Positions 23,485 through 36,449 of a DNA stretch of 64,000 bases are shown here, in pieces; within the stretch, counting starts at the first letter, position 1; each line of letters starts with the position of its first letter. The notes under the pieces were generated by a model that ran no database searches, had not been told where the DNA came from, and saw only the letters and a list, made by a program, of their open reading frames with translations. The DNA lies in contig NIVC01000402.1 of NCBI GenBank assembly GCA_002269645.1, positions 1 to 64,000 of the forward strand. Direction: 5' to 3'. The stretch is from Macrostomum lignano. Lineage: Eukaryota. The position numbers were made by a program, and so were the translations under genes.

Positions 23485-23970
23485 TGTGACCAAAATACAG
23501 GGGAAGGGTTGAAGGTGTGACCAAAATACAGGGCAGGGCTGAAGGTGTGACCAAAATACAGGGAAGGGTTGAAGGTGTGACCAAAATACAGGGAAGGGTT
23601 GAAGGTGTGACCAAAATACAGGGAAGGGTTGAAGGTGTGACCAAAATACAGGGCAGGGCTGAAGGTGTGACCAAAACACCAGGCAAGGGCAGGGCTGAAG
23701 GTGTGACCAAAACACCATGCAAGGGCAGGACTGAAGGTGTGACCAAAATACAGGGGAGGGTTGAAGGTGTGACAAAACACCAGGCAAGGGCAGGACTGAA
23801 GGTGTGACCAAAATACAGGGGAGGGTTGAAGGTGTGACAAAACACCAGGCAAGGGCAGGACTGAAGGTGTGACCAAAATACAGGGGAGGGTTGAAGGTGT
23901 GACAAAACACCAGGCAAGGGCAGGGCTGAAGGTGTGACCAAAACACCGGGCAAGGGTTTAATGTGTGACA
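23485..23970. repeat. Minisatellite, ~30-bp unit (gtgtgaccaaaatacagggaagggttgaag) with longer variants
   Basis: Tandem units visible. Confidence 0.95.
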
Positions 23971-24842
23971 AAAATGCCGCGGAAAGTCAAAAGTTTATGA
24001 TAATTACCAGGGAATAAAAATACCACTATGCCTGACTGCAGGCCAGACGATAGCTTCTACCAGTAAGTTAAGCAGAATTGGCAGCGGTTAGTAGGCAACT
24101 GAACCACCAGCTCCCCCGCTGAGCTGCGTTAGAAATGCAGGGTGCCCTGTACAAGTCTTATTAATATTAATTATATTAGTAAATATGAAAACTAACGAAG
24201 CCATTGAAGCCGTATAATAAAGTATTGATTTTCATAGAACGTACACACTTCTGAAATAACAATAACATGCCAACTAATAGTATTTATTATATAAAGCCAC
24301 AAATGAGATTTGGGACAACAAGAGACACAGTCTAAACATGGTTATTCATTTGCAAGTGCATGTTTTAATCTGTATTGTATTGAAGGACGCCACTCGCACA
24401 GAACTAATACCTGATACACTGATGATGAAGAGCCTACACGAGTACATGTAAACAAACAAATGGGCGTACACTGCACACCAAGAAGACTGTTAGAGTACAA
24501 CGAATAAGTATCGATAGATTATAAATTGCACAAAAACAAAGGTCGCAAGTTAAATCTGGAAAGTAAAAAATCAATAAAAAATTGCCTTTTCAATTTGAAA
24601 GCAGAAGCGCAAACAATGACCTGATTTAGGAGAGGGGGTTGCTGTGGAGCTAACACACGGGGAGGGGGGGGTAAAGGTTCTTCTCCTCAGCATAGAAGCA
24701 TATTTAAATTGCGGCAGGGGGCTGCTTTCAAAAGTATGTACAATACGGGAGGATTTGATCGATAGTGTACAGTATGTATGCACTTGCTGGGTAGAGTATG
24801 GAGCATATGCACTTCGCATCAGAGGTAGGTGATCCCGAGTGA

Positions 24843-26225
24843 TGTACATTAGCGGTGAGGGTAGAAGTTGCTCCGGAGTGTATGTACATTAGGGGTAGGA
24901 GTTGCTCCGGAGTGTATGTACATTAGGGGTAGGAGTTGCTCCGAGTGTACGTACATTAGGGGTAGGAGTTGTTCCGGAGTGAATGTACATTAGGGGTAGG
25001 AGTTTCTCCAGAGCGTATGTACATTAGGGTTAGGAGTTTCTGCGGAGTGCATTGGAGGGGGTAGTTGTTCCGAGGTGTATGTACATTAGGGGTAGGAGTT
25101 GCTCCGGAGTGTATGTACATAGAGGTAAGGGTAGCTTTTGAGCGAATGTACATTCGGGTTATCGGGCAGATATAATTTCTTCAATAGTACTGGCGGGATG
25201 GTGTTGTAATTTTAGTATAGTGATATCTAAAATTTTCACAGACAGAAGAATTCGATATTGAAATCAAACCAACCTTGCAACCGAACAAAATTCTAGCATG
25301 CATGCAGTCCGGCAGAAAAAACAATAAAAAGGACCGATTCTAGAACTGACACGGAGTAAAAGTGCGGTTGAAAATAAGCAGGAAACAATAAATAAAAGTG
25401 GAGGATTCTGCGAAAAACAGATTTCATTAAACAGATTGCCATAAGTTTCTATATCGATTACGACTATATTATTTTTCTTCTGACTCAAAACTATTGTAAA
25501 ACATTATGCAAACGCGTGTGCCTATTATTAATACGATTTTTAAACAAAAGACTGCAATAATACTAGTAGAGAAACACACCCTGATAAAACAAATACAAGA
25601 CTGTAACGCACACAACAGGTAGTAAAAAGCTACTATAATTAGCTCATTGGTGTTCAACCAATGGTCTAGCTAGGAGTCTTTGTTTGCATTGGCACTGACG
25701 GGAGTAAGTTGATTGATCCCATCGATTAACTGCATTCACACTGCTTCGGTCATTGACCTTGATAATAAAGCTGCCGATTAAGTGGAGAATCGCCATTCGC
25801 TGCATCAGCAGCAGCCGCTTGCCACAGAACTACACTTGGCCATAGACAATGAAGCCAAAGATCCCATTAAAATCTCTAGGCCTAATGTACATACACTCCG
25901 GAGAAACTTTTACCCCTAATGCACATTCACTCAGGAACAACTTCTATCCCTAATGTACATTCGCTCCGGAACAAATCCTACCCCTAATGTACATACGCTC
26001 CGGAGCAACTCCTACCCCTAATAAACATACGCTCCGGAGCAACTCCTACCCCTAATGTACGTACACTCCGGAGCAACTCCTACCCCTAATGTACGTACAC
26101 TCCGGAGCAACTCCTACCCCTAATAAACATACGCTCCGGAGCAACTCCTACCCCTAATGTACGTACACTCCGGAGCAACTCCTACCTCTAATGTACATAC
26201 ACTCCGGAGCAACTCCCTAATGTAC
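24843..26225. mobile_element. Foldback-like structure: two inverted arrays of a 34-bp unit around a ~725-bp spacer
   Basis: cattaggggtaggagttgctccggagtgtatgta tandem at 24843-25154; its reverse complement tandem at 25881-26225. Confidence 0.55.
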
Positions 26226-26656
26226 CGGTACAAAGCATTGTTTCGTAATTACATGGGGGAATAAAGACAATCTCACTGCGTACGATTCGATATCCCTATT
26301 TATCATAGATTATCAAACTCATAGATTTGCTCTTCAATACAAACATTTCTATACTGAAATGAACATTTAAAAGTCTTCAACCGAAAATGATTTCGATGAT
26401 TTCGATTTAGATGATAGGGTTGAGTCGAGGCCACAGACATTTCGCAGATGAGCAATCAAAGACATTCCTTCATCAATGCTTGATTGTCTTTTAACCAAGA
26501 CAGCTGGCTTCGCCTGCAGTCTGTGGGAGAGTGCAGCTTGAAATTTCTAGTTTTGCACTATAGTTTTGCATTGACATAATTTGATTTGATTAAATTGCAC
26601 GCACAGAACGCGTCATCAGGAAACTTAAAACAAACTGGGACAGTAAAAGGTGATAA

Positions 26657-27406
26657 TCAGACAGTTGGACTGTCCGCTGCAGCAGCGGCTGGAGAGGAGG
26701 CTTCAACATCAGCAGGCGCTGTGCCGCCAGCATGGTCAGCAGCGGCGCCAGCTGGCCTTTCGGCGGCCGCCGCGGCAGAGCGGCAAGAGAAATACGACGC
26801 GCTGGCGAACAGGAAGCCGAGCAATTTAAGCGCCAGAATGACGCCAATCCACATGTAGGGCAGGCGGCTCAGGTCGTATTCTGTGCAGGCCCCATTGGCC
26901 CTGTCGCACGTCGAGCCGTCGTTCGCCCGCAGCAGGCAGGTGGAATCGAACAGGCTGCCAAAATAGATTGGCGCCGGTATAAATGCTAGCAGGCGGTGCA
27001 GCACATTCTGCATGCCCAGGGCAAAGCTGGAGTCGGACTCGGACACGCAGGACAGAGTGAGAATGTGACAGGGCTCGTAGCCGCAGGCGGTCAGCAGTAC
27101 TATAATAAATAATAATATGCAGAATGGCACAAAGGTTGTGCAGGTGTTGTCGCATTTGCCGCTCGACACGATACCGCCGCCGCCGATGCCAGCATGGCGA
27201 TTGCGCAATCCGCCTGCCGGCTGCTGCAGCGGAACGCACGAGCAGGCGGTGTAGTTCCACTGGGCCGCGTTGATGCCCGACGCGAATGCGGCAGCAGCCG
27301 CCGCCGCCTCTGCCGCTGTTGTCGGCGAAGTCGACTTTGGCTGCTGACGAAGCGTTCGATTGGTGCAGCCGGCGTGGCAAGGGCTGTAGTAGCTGACCCC
27401 GGTCGC
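26657..27406 (-). CDS. SLCO: OATP/SLCO organic anion transporter, last exon (Kazal-like YYSPCHAGC region, TM10-12)
   Basis: Acceptor cgctcag|GCG at 27408-27407; GVSYYSPCHAGC, FALGMQ...RLLAFIPAPIYFGSLFDSTC; stop at 26657. Confidence 0.9.
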   Translation of the reverse strand, partial: ATGVSYYSPCHAGCTNRTLRQQPKSTSPTTAAEAAAAAAAFASGINAAQWNYTACSCVPLQQPAGGLRNRHAGIGGGGIVSSGKCDNTCTTFVPFCILLFIIVLLTACGYEPCHILTLSCVSESDSSFALGMQNVLHRLLAFIPAPIYFGSLFDSTCLLRANDGSTCDRANGACTEYDLSRLPYMWIGVILALKLLGFLFASASYFSCRSAAAAAERPAGAAADHAGGTAPADVEASSPAAAAADSPTV

Positions 27407-27497
27407 CTGAGCGTTCGTAGACAGTGAATTTTCAGCAAGTTATAGCGTAAAACATGCTAGTAACTGTAAGTAACAGCTAGAGTCCCCGGGTCATTAA

Positions 27498-28640
27498 GTG
27501 GCCACTGCCATCCCCAACCTACAGTGGGCAGCCATCGCCATTCCTCATTTCCCCAACCTACAGTGGGCAGCCACCGCCATTCCCCACTTACCCCCAACCT
27601 ACAGTGGGCAGCCATCGCCATTCCCCATTTCCCCCCAACCTACAGTGGGCAGCCACCGCCATTCCTCATTTCCCCAACCTACAGTGGGCAGCCACCGCCC
27701 TTTCCCACTTACCCCCAACCTACAGTGGGCAGCCATCGCCATTCCCCATTTCCCCCCAACCTACAGTGGGCAGCCACCGCCATTCCTCATTTCCCCAACC
27801 TACAGTGGGCAGCCACCGCCATTCCCCACTTACCCCCAACCTACAGTGGGCAGCCACCGCCATTCCCCACTTCCCCAACCTACAGTGAGCAGCCACCGCC
27901 ATTCCCCACTTCCCCAACCTACAGTGAGCAGCCACCGCCATTCCCCACTTCCCCAACCTACAGTGGGCAGCCACCAACATTCCCCACTTCCCCAACCTAC
28001 AGTGGGAAGCCACCGCCATTCCCCACTTCCCCAACCTACAGTGGGCAGCCACCGCCATTCCCCACTTCCCCAACCTACAGTGGGCAGCCACCGCCATTCC
28101 CCACTTCCCCAACCTACAGTGGGCAGCTACCGCCATTCCCCACTTCCCCAACCTACAGTGGGCAGCCACCGCCATTCCCCACTTCCCCAACCTACAGTGG
28201 GCAGCCACCGCCATTCCCCACTTCCCCAACCTACAGTGAGCAGCCACCGCCATTCCCCACTTCCCCAACCTACAGTGGGCAGCCACCGCCATTCCCCACT
28301 TCCCCAACCTACAGTGGGCAGCCACCGCCATTCCCCACTTCCCCAACCTACAGTGGGCAGCCACCGCCATTCCCCACTTTCCCAACCTACAGTGGGCAGC
28401 CACCGCCATTCACCACTTCCCCAACCTACAGTGGGCAGCCACCGCCATTCACCACTTCCCCACCCTACAGTGGGCAGCCACCGCCATTCCCCACTTTCCC
28501 AACCTACAGTGGGCAGCCACCGCCATTCACCACTTCCCCAACCTACAGTGGGCAGCCACCGCCATTCACCACTTCCCCAACCTACAGTGGGCAGCCACCG
28601 CCATTCACCACTTCCCCACCTACAGTGGGCGGTCACCACC
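27498..28640. repeat. Intronic minisatellite, 39-bp unit (acagtgggcagccaccgccattccccacttccccaacct)
   Basis: Tandem units visible; ORFs are artefacts. Confidence 0.95.
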
Positions 28641-30959
28641 GTATGAAACTTTCAGATTAAATAAGTTGGGATATAAAACGGACTATTTAAACGAAGCCAA
28701 TTCGTTCTCTTCAAGCAGTTTAATCTGGAAAATTTCAGAAGAGATGCAGAATCGTAAAATTTGTGCTTTAATAACAAAACTAAAACTCGAACGTTTATTG
28801 CGCTTTTAGTAGCAATATAAGTGGAAGTAGCACGTACGTCTCTCGTGTGACCTTGAAATATAACCTCCAGCTGTTATTGACCCCGAGGAATTGGGTGCAA
28901 GTAGCAACTCTCTCTCTCTCTTTCCACACTCTTTCTCTCCTATCTCGCAGAAAGTGTCTGCTTGACAGTGAACTGGTGAATTAGTCATCAATCAATAGAC
29001 AAGGACCTTCAGGATATTCGCATATGTAGCAGGTTATGCGCGTTTTAGACGATATAATTGAATTTTCGCTACATCTTTTATTCATGTTCTGCTAGTTTAG
29101 TTACCAACAGGTCAGGAAGCACGACAGCATTTGGTGAGGAAGTTAAGAAAGTTAGATAAATTTTCTGTTAACTTTAAGAGTTAGTTGATTTATGGCTTCA
29201 GCAGCTGCGCACTAAGTGGGCGCATATATCCTGCTTTTGATATTCTTTTATCGCTTAGCATTTTTGCTTAGAGAGAGAGAGAGAAAGAGAGAGACGGGGA
29301 GGTACAGCGAGGGATAGGGAGAGAGGGAGAGAGGAAAGAGTCTTCAAACCCCAAAGCACTGACACTGTAGCACAGATTTTTGAACAAAGTGCCGATATTT
29401 AGAATATTGAATTTTATTCGTCGGGGCTATTATTAAGAAAAAGGGAGAGAAAGAAAATAGGAAAGAAGTGATTCTAAACGACTCTAGAACGACGAGATGC
29501 CACGGTACAAGTCGCCAAAAATTCGTCAAAAAGTCGTCGCCGCAGAATCACTTTGAAGCGTTTTATTGTCTGCGACTCTGAAACTATTCTGGGGCGACTC
29601 TAGCGCCTCTGGGGCGACGGTATGACGATTCTGGGGCCGCACAGTTGTATTTGAGGCGTTCCAGAGTCGAATTAGAGTCACTGAGTTGTGTTTCAGTCAC
29701 ATTTCCGGCCTTTCAGCAGCGTTCTGCAGTCGCTAAAAAGTCGCAGAAGAAGCGCATTTGCGTCACTGTAGAATGGTTGGTGAGTCACTTCTGAGGCGCT
29801 CTGGACGCGCTACAGAGTCGTTACTACCTCCCTTAAACAGACATAAATCGAAATTTCTGGGCGATGCTCATCGACTCAGAAGTGATGCACTAAAGATTGT
29901 ACAGTGACGCAAAGCGCTTCTTCTGCAACTTTTTAGCGACTGCAGAACGCCGCAGTCGTTTTAGAGTCATTTAGATTCACTTCTTTCCTATTTGACCTGC
30001 TCTTTAGGGTAATCTCAAAGGACACGACTTTAGGGCGACGCAAGTGACTCCGGGACGCTTCTTGGCCTAGTTACTGTTTTCATCGGGCAAGGAACACTCA
30101 GTTTTAGCCTATTGAACCCTAATTGCACTTTAACTAGCGTACTGAGTTGTAGGAAGTTAAGCGCCAGCACAACGGTTATTCAACGACTTTTTTCGTGACT
30201 CTTTAACGCTTCTATAACTCACGTGACGCGCTTGTGATGCAACAGTCGCCTCTACGTCGCATTTGACGCGTTTGAGTTGTTAAAAAGTCACAAGAGTCGC
30301 CCCAGACACACTAGAGTCACTAGAGTTGTTTGCAATGACTCTTAGCGATTCTTGTCATGGTAACGTTTTCAACGGGAGAGAGGGATAAAGAGAAGAAAGA
30401 GGAATAGGGAGAGAGCGGGAGAAAGAGGGAGAGAGGGAGAGAAGGCGAGGTAGAGAAAGAGGGAGAGGGAGAGGGAGAGAAGGGGGGAGCGAGAGGGAGA
30501 GGGAGAGAAGGGGGGAGCGAGAGGGAGAGGAGAGGGAGAGAGACAGCAAGAGAAATCGAGAGAAGGAGATTCCACACGCTGCCAGAGTCGTATGAACCTT
30601 CTTGGGCATGCGCATAATCCGCAACCTGTTCCTAAGCTAATACCATCCGGATTTAAATGCAAAGCGAATCAGCTTGGCCTGGCAGCAGAATCGGCTTCAG
30701 AATAAGCCGCTAGGATTAGGGTATTAAGGAGTTATAAGGATATAAAAGTGTGCACAGCATTGTGACATTATACAGCTAACGCACTAACAAGCCCTAGGCT
30801 GTTTACTTCTTCGGTCGATTTACAGAGCGCAGACAGGGGCGTGAAAACACAAAACGGAGGCTACATAAAAAGCTGCCTAGTATAGGGCTAACATATAAAT
30901 GATTATACGGCTAGCAGCTTAATATAAGGATAGTGATTGAAGGCAGGGAGAAAGCGCTC

Positions 30960-31700
30960 CTAAGAAATCGAACGGGAGAGTGCGATTCTAAGAAATCGAA
31001 GGGAAGAGGGCGATTCTAAGAAATCGAACGGGAGAGTGCGATTCTAAGAAATTGAACGGGAGAGTGCGATTCTAAGAAATTGAACGGGAGAGTGCGATTC
31101 TAAGAAATCGAAGGGAAGAGGGCGATTCTAAGAAATCGAACGGGAGAGTGCGATTCTAAGAAATCGAAGGAAAGAGGGAGATTCTAAGAAATCGAAGGGA
31201 AGAGGGCGATTCTAAGAAATCGAACGGGAGAGGGCGATTCTAAGAAATCGAACGGGAGAGGGCGATTATAAGAAATCGAACGGGAGAGGGCGATTATAAG
31301 AAATCGAACGGGAGAGGGCGATTATAAGAAATCGAACGGGAGAGGGCGATTCTAAGAAATCGAACGGGAGAGGGCGATTCTAAGAAATCGAAGGAAAGAG
31401 GGAGATTCTAAGAAATCGAAGGGAAGAGGGCGATTCTAAGAAATCGAACGGGAGAGGGCGATTCTAAGAAATCGAAGTGAAGAGGGCGATTCTGAGAAAT
31501 CGAACGGGAGAGGGCGATTCTAAGAAATCGTAGGGGGCGATTCTAAGAAACCGAAAATGAGAGTGCGATTCTAAGAATCGAAAGGGACAAGGAGATTCTA
31601 AGAAATCGGGAGGGAGAAAGGCGATTTTAAAAAAACCGAAGGGAGAGGGAGATTCTAAGAAACCTAAGGGGAGGGCAATTCTAAGAAATCGATGGAGAGA
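30960..31700. repeat. Intronic minisatellite, 28-bp unit (gattctaagaaatcgaacgggagagggc)
   Basis: Tandem units visible. Confidence 0.95.
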
Positions 31701-31783
31701 GGCGTTTCAAAGAAACCGAAGGGGTAGAGGGCGATTCTAAATTCAGACAAAATGGTCAGCAGGCGATGCTGAGGAGTTCTCAC

Positions 31784-32297
31784 CAAGTCGCAGACGGGAT
31801 CGTAGTTAGCGTCGCTGCAGGCGCACCTGGCATTGCAGGTGGCGTTCAACTGAGGTGGAACCGGATCGGACAGGCCAGAAGCGCCGGACGAAACTAGCTT
31901 GGGCGGATCGACGGCAGCGGGATATCCGGCAGTGAGGCCGGCTAACTGGATATTGCTGCAGGTGCATAGCACTAGGCCGGTAGTGAGCAGGGTGGTGCTA
32001 ACGCACAGCCCCATCATGGTGAGGCTGACCGCGCGACTGCTGGGCCGAAAACGGCGCATAAAAAAAGCGCCAGCGCCGATGCCAATAACGGCGCTAGGTA
32101 TGACTAGCAGGCCAGTGACTATACTGGATCGGGTCACGGGCAGGCCAAACGATTTCTGCATGTACTTGTTAACGTAGGCGACAAAGGCTTGCACTACGGA
32201 CTGCTCAGCCACGATTAGCAGGCTGATAAACAGCCACAGCGGGTTGTTGAACAGGCGAGCCAGACCGGCAGGGATGTCACGGATGCGCGGCTGCGAA
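31784..32297 (-). CDS. SLCO: OATP/SLCO transporter, middle exon (TM7-9, start of Kazal-like domain)
   Basis: Acceptor ctgtgcag|T at 32299-32298; RDIPAGLARLFNNP, YVNKYMQKSFG, CNARCACSDANYDPVC; donor TTG|GTGAGA at 31783. Confidence 0.9.
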
Positions 32298-32364
32298 CTG
32301 CACAGGATGGGATTGTTGCCAGGGACAGGTTGAAAATTTAAGCTTCAAATTGTATGCATTGTTA

Positions 32365-32815
32365 ATCAGCTTGATGGATCGGGGATCAGCTTGATGGATC
32401 GGGGATCAGCTTGATGGATCGGGGATCAGCTTGATGGGATCGGGGATCAGATTGATGGGATCGGGGATCAGCTTGATGGATCGGGGATCAGCTTGATGGG
32501 ATCGGGGATCAGATTGATGGGATCGGGGATCAGATTGATGGGATCGGGGATCAGCTTGATGGGATCGGGGATCAGATTGATGGATCGGGGATCAGATTAA
32601 TGGGATCGGGGAGCAGCTTGCTGGGATCGGAGATCAGATTGATGGGATCGGGGATCAGATTGATGGGATCGGGGATCAGATTGATGGGATCGGGGATCAG
32701 ATTGATGGGATCGGGGATCAGATTGATGGATCGGGGATCAGATTGATGGGATCGGGGATCAGCTTGATGGATAGGGGATCAGCTTGCTGGGATCGGAGAT
32801 CAGATTGATGGGGTG
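32365..32815. repeat. Intronic minisatellite, 20-21-bp unit (ggatcggggatcagattgatg)
   Basis: Tandem units visible. Confidence 0.95.
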
Positions 32816-32839
32816 ATCAAGCGGTGACATTGGGTAAGG

Positions 32840-33515
32840 ATCAGGATCTCAGTAGCTTCAGAAGAGATTCAGGAGAGAATCAGGATCTCAGTAGCTTCAG
32901 AAGAGATTCAGGTGAGAATCAGGATTTCTCAACGTCTTCAGAAGAGATTCAGGTGAGAATCAGGATCTCAGTAGCTTCAGAAGAGATTCAGGTGCGAATC
33001 AGGATCTCAATGTCTTCAGAAGAGATTAAGGTGAGAATCAGGATCTCAGTAGCTTCAGAAGAGATTCAGGTGCGAATCAGGATCTCAATGTCTTCAGAAG
33101 AGATTAAGGTGAGAATCAGGATCTCAGTAGCTTCAGAATAGATTCAGGTGCGAATCAGGATCTCAATGTCTTCAGAAGAGATTCAGGTGAGAATCAGGAT
33201 CTCAGTAGCTTCAGAATAGATTCAGGTGCGAATCAGGATCTCAATGTCTTCAGAAGAGATTCAGGTGAGAATCAGGATCTCAGTAGCTTCAGAAGAGATT
33301 CAGGTGAGAATCAGGATCTCAGTAGCTTCAGAAGAGATTCAGGTGAGAATCAGGATCTCAGTAGCTTCAGAAGAGATTCATGTGAGAATCAGGATCTCAG
33401 TAGCTTCAGAATAGATTCAGGTGCGAATCAGGATCTCAATGTCTTCAGAAGAGATTCAGGTGAGAATCAGGATCTCAGTAGCTTCAGAAGAGATTAAGGT
33501 GAGAATCAGGATCAG
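32840..33515. repeat. Intronic minisatellite, 39-bp unit (caggatctcagtagcttcagaagagattcaggtgagaat)
   Basis: Tandem units run to within ~5 nt of the donor site at 33520. Confidence 0.95.
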
Positions 33516-33520
33516 CTCAC

Positions 33521-35070
33521 CCGCTTCCACCGTCCCCACTGCGTCCGCCAGCAGATAAAGCGGAACTCGACGAAGCTGTGGTGGAAAGTGATGCAGTCTT
33601 GTCCTGCTTGGTCTCCAGCATCACAATCTCGACTGTGCGAACGGCGCTACCGTTAGCAGCCGAAGGCTCCATCATCAGGTCCGCCGGCGTTGCCGCGGCA
33701 GTCACCACCGTCGCTGGCGTGTCCCCGTCAACAGCAGCAGAAGCAGCAGCAGCAGCAGTATCTGGACGGCGATTGTTCCGCTTGGCCCGCCTAGCCGGCG
33801 GCAGAGCAGTTGGGAACGCCAGGAGTGGCACGGCAACCAGAACTGCCAGGCCGGCAAACACTAGGAACCCCATCCACCAGGCCCCCGTCCACAGCGGATG
33901 GCTGGAGTGCAGGTTCTCCGGCGGCTCCAGCGGGTAGTTCACGTACATCGATAGGAACACGGCTCCGCCTAGGAATCCGCAGGCGGGACCAAGAGCGCTA
34001 GTGATGTGCAGAGAGGCGGCGTACACGGGATAGCTGTGCTGGGGTACATTGTCCCACAGGTAGGTGGGCGCAAGGATGTACACTGGGCTGGCACCGAGGC
34101 CAACTAGTGCAAAGCTGATGCATAAGATGAGCAGGGCAGAGTTTTGCACCTGACAGTCCGGTCGAAGCTCAACCACCGGCAGTGCCGCCACCGCTGACGC
34201 TGAAGCCGCCGCCGCCGCCGCCGCCGCCGCTGCGGCAGCCGACGCCGGGCAAAGACCATCGGGTCCGCCGTCGGTTAAATTCCGAACATTATTAGAAATT
34301 GATGTGCCAAGAAAGTGCGGGAAAGCGAACAGCAGATAGCCAATAGCAATGATGAGGCAGCCAGCGCCAAGAAGCTGGGCACGATTGCGACCGTGACCGA
34401 AATAAGAGATAAGGAATGTAGCCAGAATGCAGGTAACCTCATAAGACGCATAGATGTAGCCAATTTCTCTAGTAGACAGGCCGTACCTCAGCTCAATAGT
34501 GGTATTGATGCTATTGATATAGCCGCTAACTATAAAGCTTTGGACAAAGTACAAGCCTATAACGGCAATTGCGAATGGCACTGGCCGGGCCAGGGGCTGC
34601 AGACAGGCTGGCCGGTAGCAGAACCAGCCGCACTGGGTGCCGGCTGACCCGGCCGGCCCGGACGAGTCCGCAAACGCATCCTCGTCGTCGTCTTCTTCTT
34701 CTTCGACGGCTGGCGACGACGATTCGTCGACAGGGCCGGACGGCTTGGACGGTTGCGAGGAGCGGCGGGCTGGCTGCAACGAGGCCAGGTGAGCGTGACT
34801 GCCCACGCCGCTGGTGGCCGGCAGGTGAGCAGACGGAAGCCGGCGATGCTTCTGATAGTACTGATGATGCGGATGATGCGGCTGATGATGCTGCTTCAGA
34901 GACGGAGACCGCGACGCCGCCGTGGGAGTGAGGCTGACTAGACTGAGCGCGCCGAACTGATGAGGCACAGTCGGACAGCTGTGCATCCGCCTGTGGCCCC
35001 AAGGCCGTCGCGGTGTTGAAGCATGCGCGGATAAGTCAGTCAGGTGTTGTTGCTGCTGCTTCTGGGCCAC
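33521..35070 (-). CDS. SLCO: OATP/SLCO transporter, large first coding exon (TM1-6); exact start uncertain (first in-frame ATG 34986)
   Basis: CGWFCYRPACLQ, INTTIELRYGLST, YEVT...ISYFG, WTGAWWMGF, PLLAFP are OATP hallmarks; donor GG|GTGAGC at 33520. Confidence 0.9.
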
Positions 35071-35264
35071 GGCGGAGTCCCCAGCTGACGCCGCCGGCTC
35101 ATGACCGCCGCCGCCCCGCTCATGCTGCGATGGTCGCGTTGTAAGCCTGGTTCATTGGGGCGCTGCTGCTGCTGGCTGTGATGGTGATGGCGTGACTGAA
35201 ACACATGTACAAGCAGTGTATCTGCTTAGGACATAATGGGTAAAAAATCAATCATAGCTGCTAG

Positions 35265-35950
35265 TCTGCTGAGACTGAGACTCTCAGTGTCACTGAGCAG
35301 ACTCCAGTATTGCTGAGACTGAGACTCTCAGTGTCACTGAGCAGACTCCAGTATTGCTGAGACTGAGACTCTCAGTGTCACTGAGCAGACTCTTAGTGTT
35401 GCTGAGTCTGAGACTCTCAGTGTCACTGAGCAGACTCCAGTATTGCTGAGACTGAGACTCTCAGTGTCACTGAGCAGACTCTCAGTATTGCTGAGACTGA
35501 GACTCTCGGTGTCACTGAGCAGACTCCAGTATTGCTGAGACTGAGACTCTCAGTGTCACTGAGCAGACTCCAGTATTGCTGAGACTGAGACTCTCAGTGT
35601 CACTGAGCAGACTCCAGTATTGCTGAGACTGAGACTCTCAGTGTCACTGAGCAGACTCCAGTATTGCTGAGACTGAGACTCTCAGTGTCACTGAGCAGAC
35701 TCCAGTATTGCTGAGACTGAGACTCTCAGTGTCACTGAGCAGACTCTCAGTATTGCTGAGTCTGAGACTCTCAGTGTCACTGAGCAGACTCCAGTATTGC
35801 TGAGACTGAGACTCTCGGTGTCACTGAGCAGACTCTCAGTGTTGCTGAGTCTGAGACTCTCAGTGTCACTGAGCAGACTCTCAGTGTTGCTGAGTCTGAG
35901 ACACCTAGTGTCACCGAGCAGACTCCAGTATTGCTGAGTCTGAGACTCTC
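35265..35950. repeat. Minisatellite, 44-bp unit with internal palindrome (gctgagactgagactctcagtgtcactgagcagactccagtatt)
   Basis: Tandem units visible. Confidence 0.95.
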
Positions 35951-36449
35951 ATTGTCATTTTGTGAGATTCCATCATAGTTTTTATTGACACAACGTACGA
36001 GGGGTGTTTCAAAATTTATGGCAGAATTCTCGGCACTTTAGAAACCATCCTTGCAATTCAATATCGATAAAAACTGGTGCTAAAAAATTATACCTGATCT
36101 CGAAAGGAATCCACAAAGATTTATACGCGTGCACAAAATTATAAGGATTTTTTTAGCCGAAAGCACAAGTTTACAGGACTCAATAGGACTGTGTTCCCAG
36201 CTTTCCTTTGATCCTCACAGGAAATTGTCCAGTAATTTTACAAAGACAGCAAAGCGAACGAATTTAGCCGAGTTTTTGCCAATTTATTTTTAGCGATATC
36301 TAATTTTAGTTTGTAGTTTGTTTCCTATTTACGATAATAATGATAAACGATTTTACTTATTCTTTGGAAACACGAAACTCGAAGATAAATATAGATTTCG
36401 AAGGCAGTTAGGCAGCATTCCTTCAAGGTTTGATTAAAAAATCTGCAAC

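Noticed and set aside
27498-28660. 382-aa and 378-aa Pro-rich repeat ORFs
   Set aside because: 39-bp minisatellite within SLCO intron 2, antisense to the gene.
35996-36385. TA-cgaggggtgtttcaaaa, resembling a mariner TIR
   Set aside because: The only candidate partner (tttggaaacacgaaactcg near 36363) is too degenerate and lacks a TA flank; cannot support an element.
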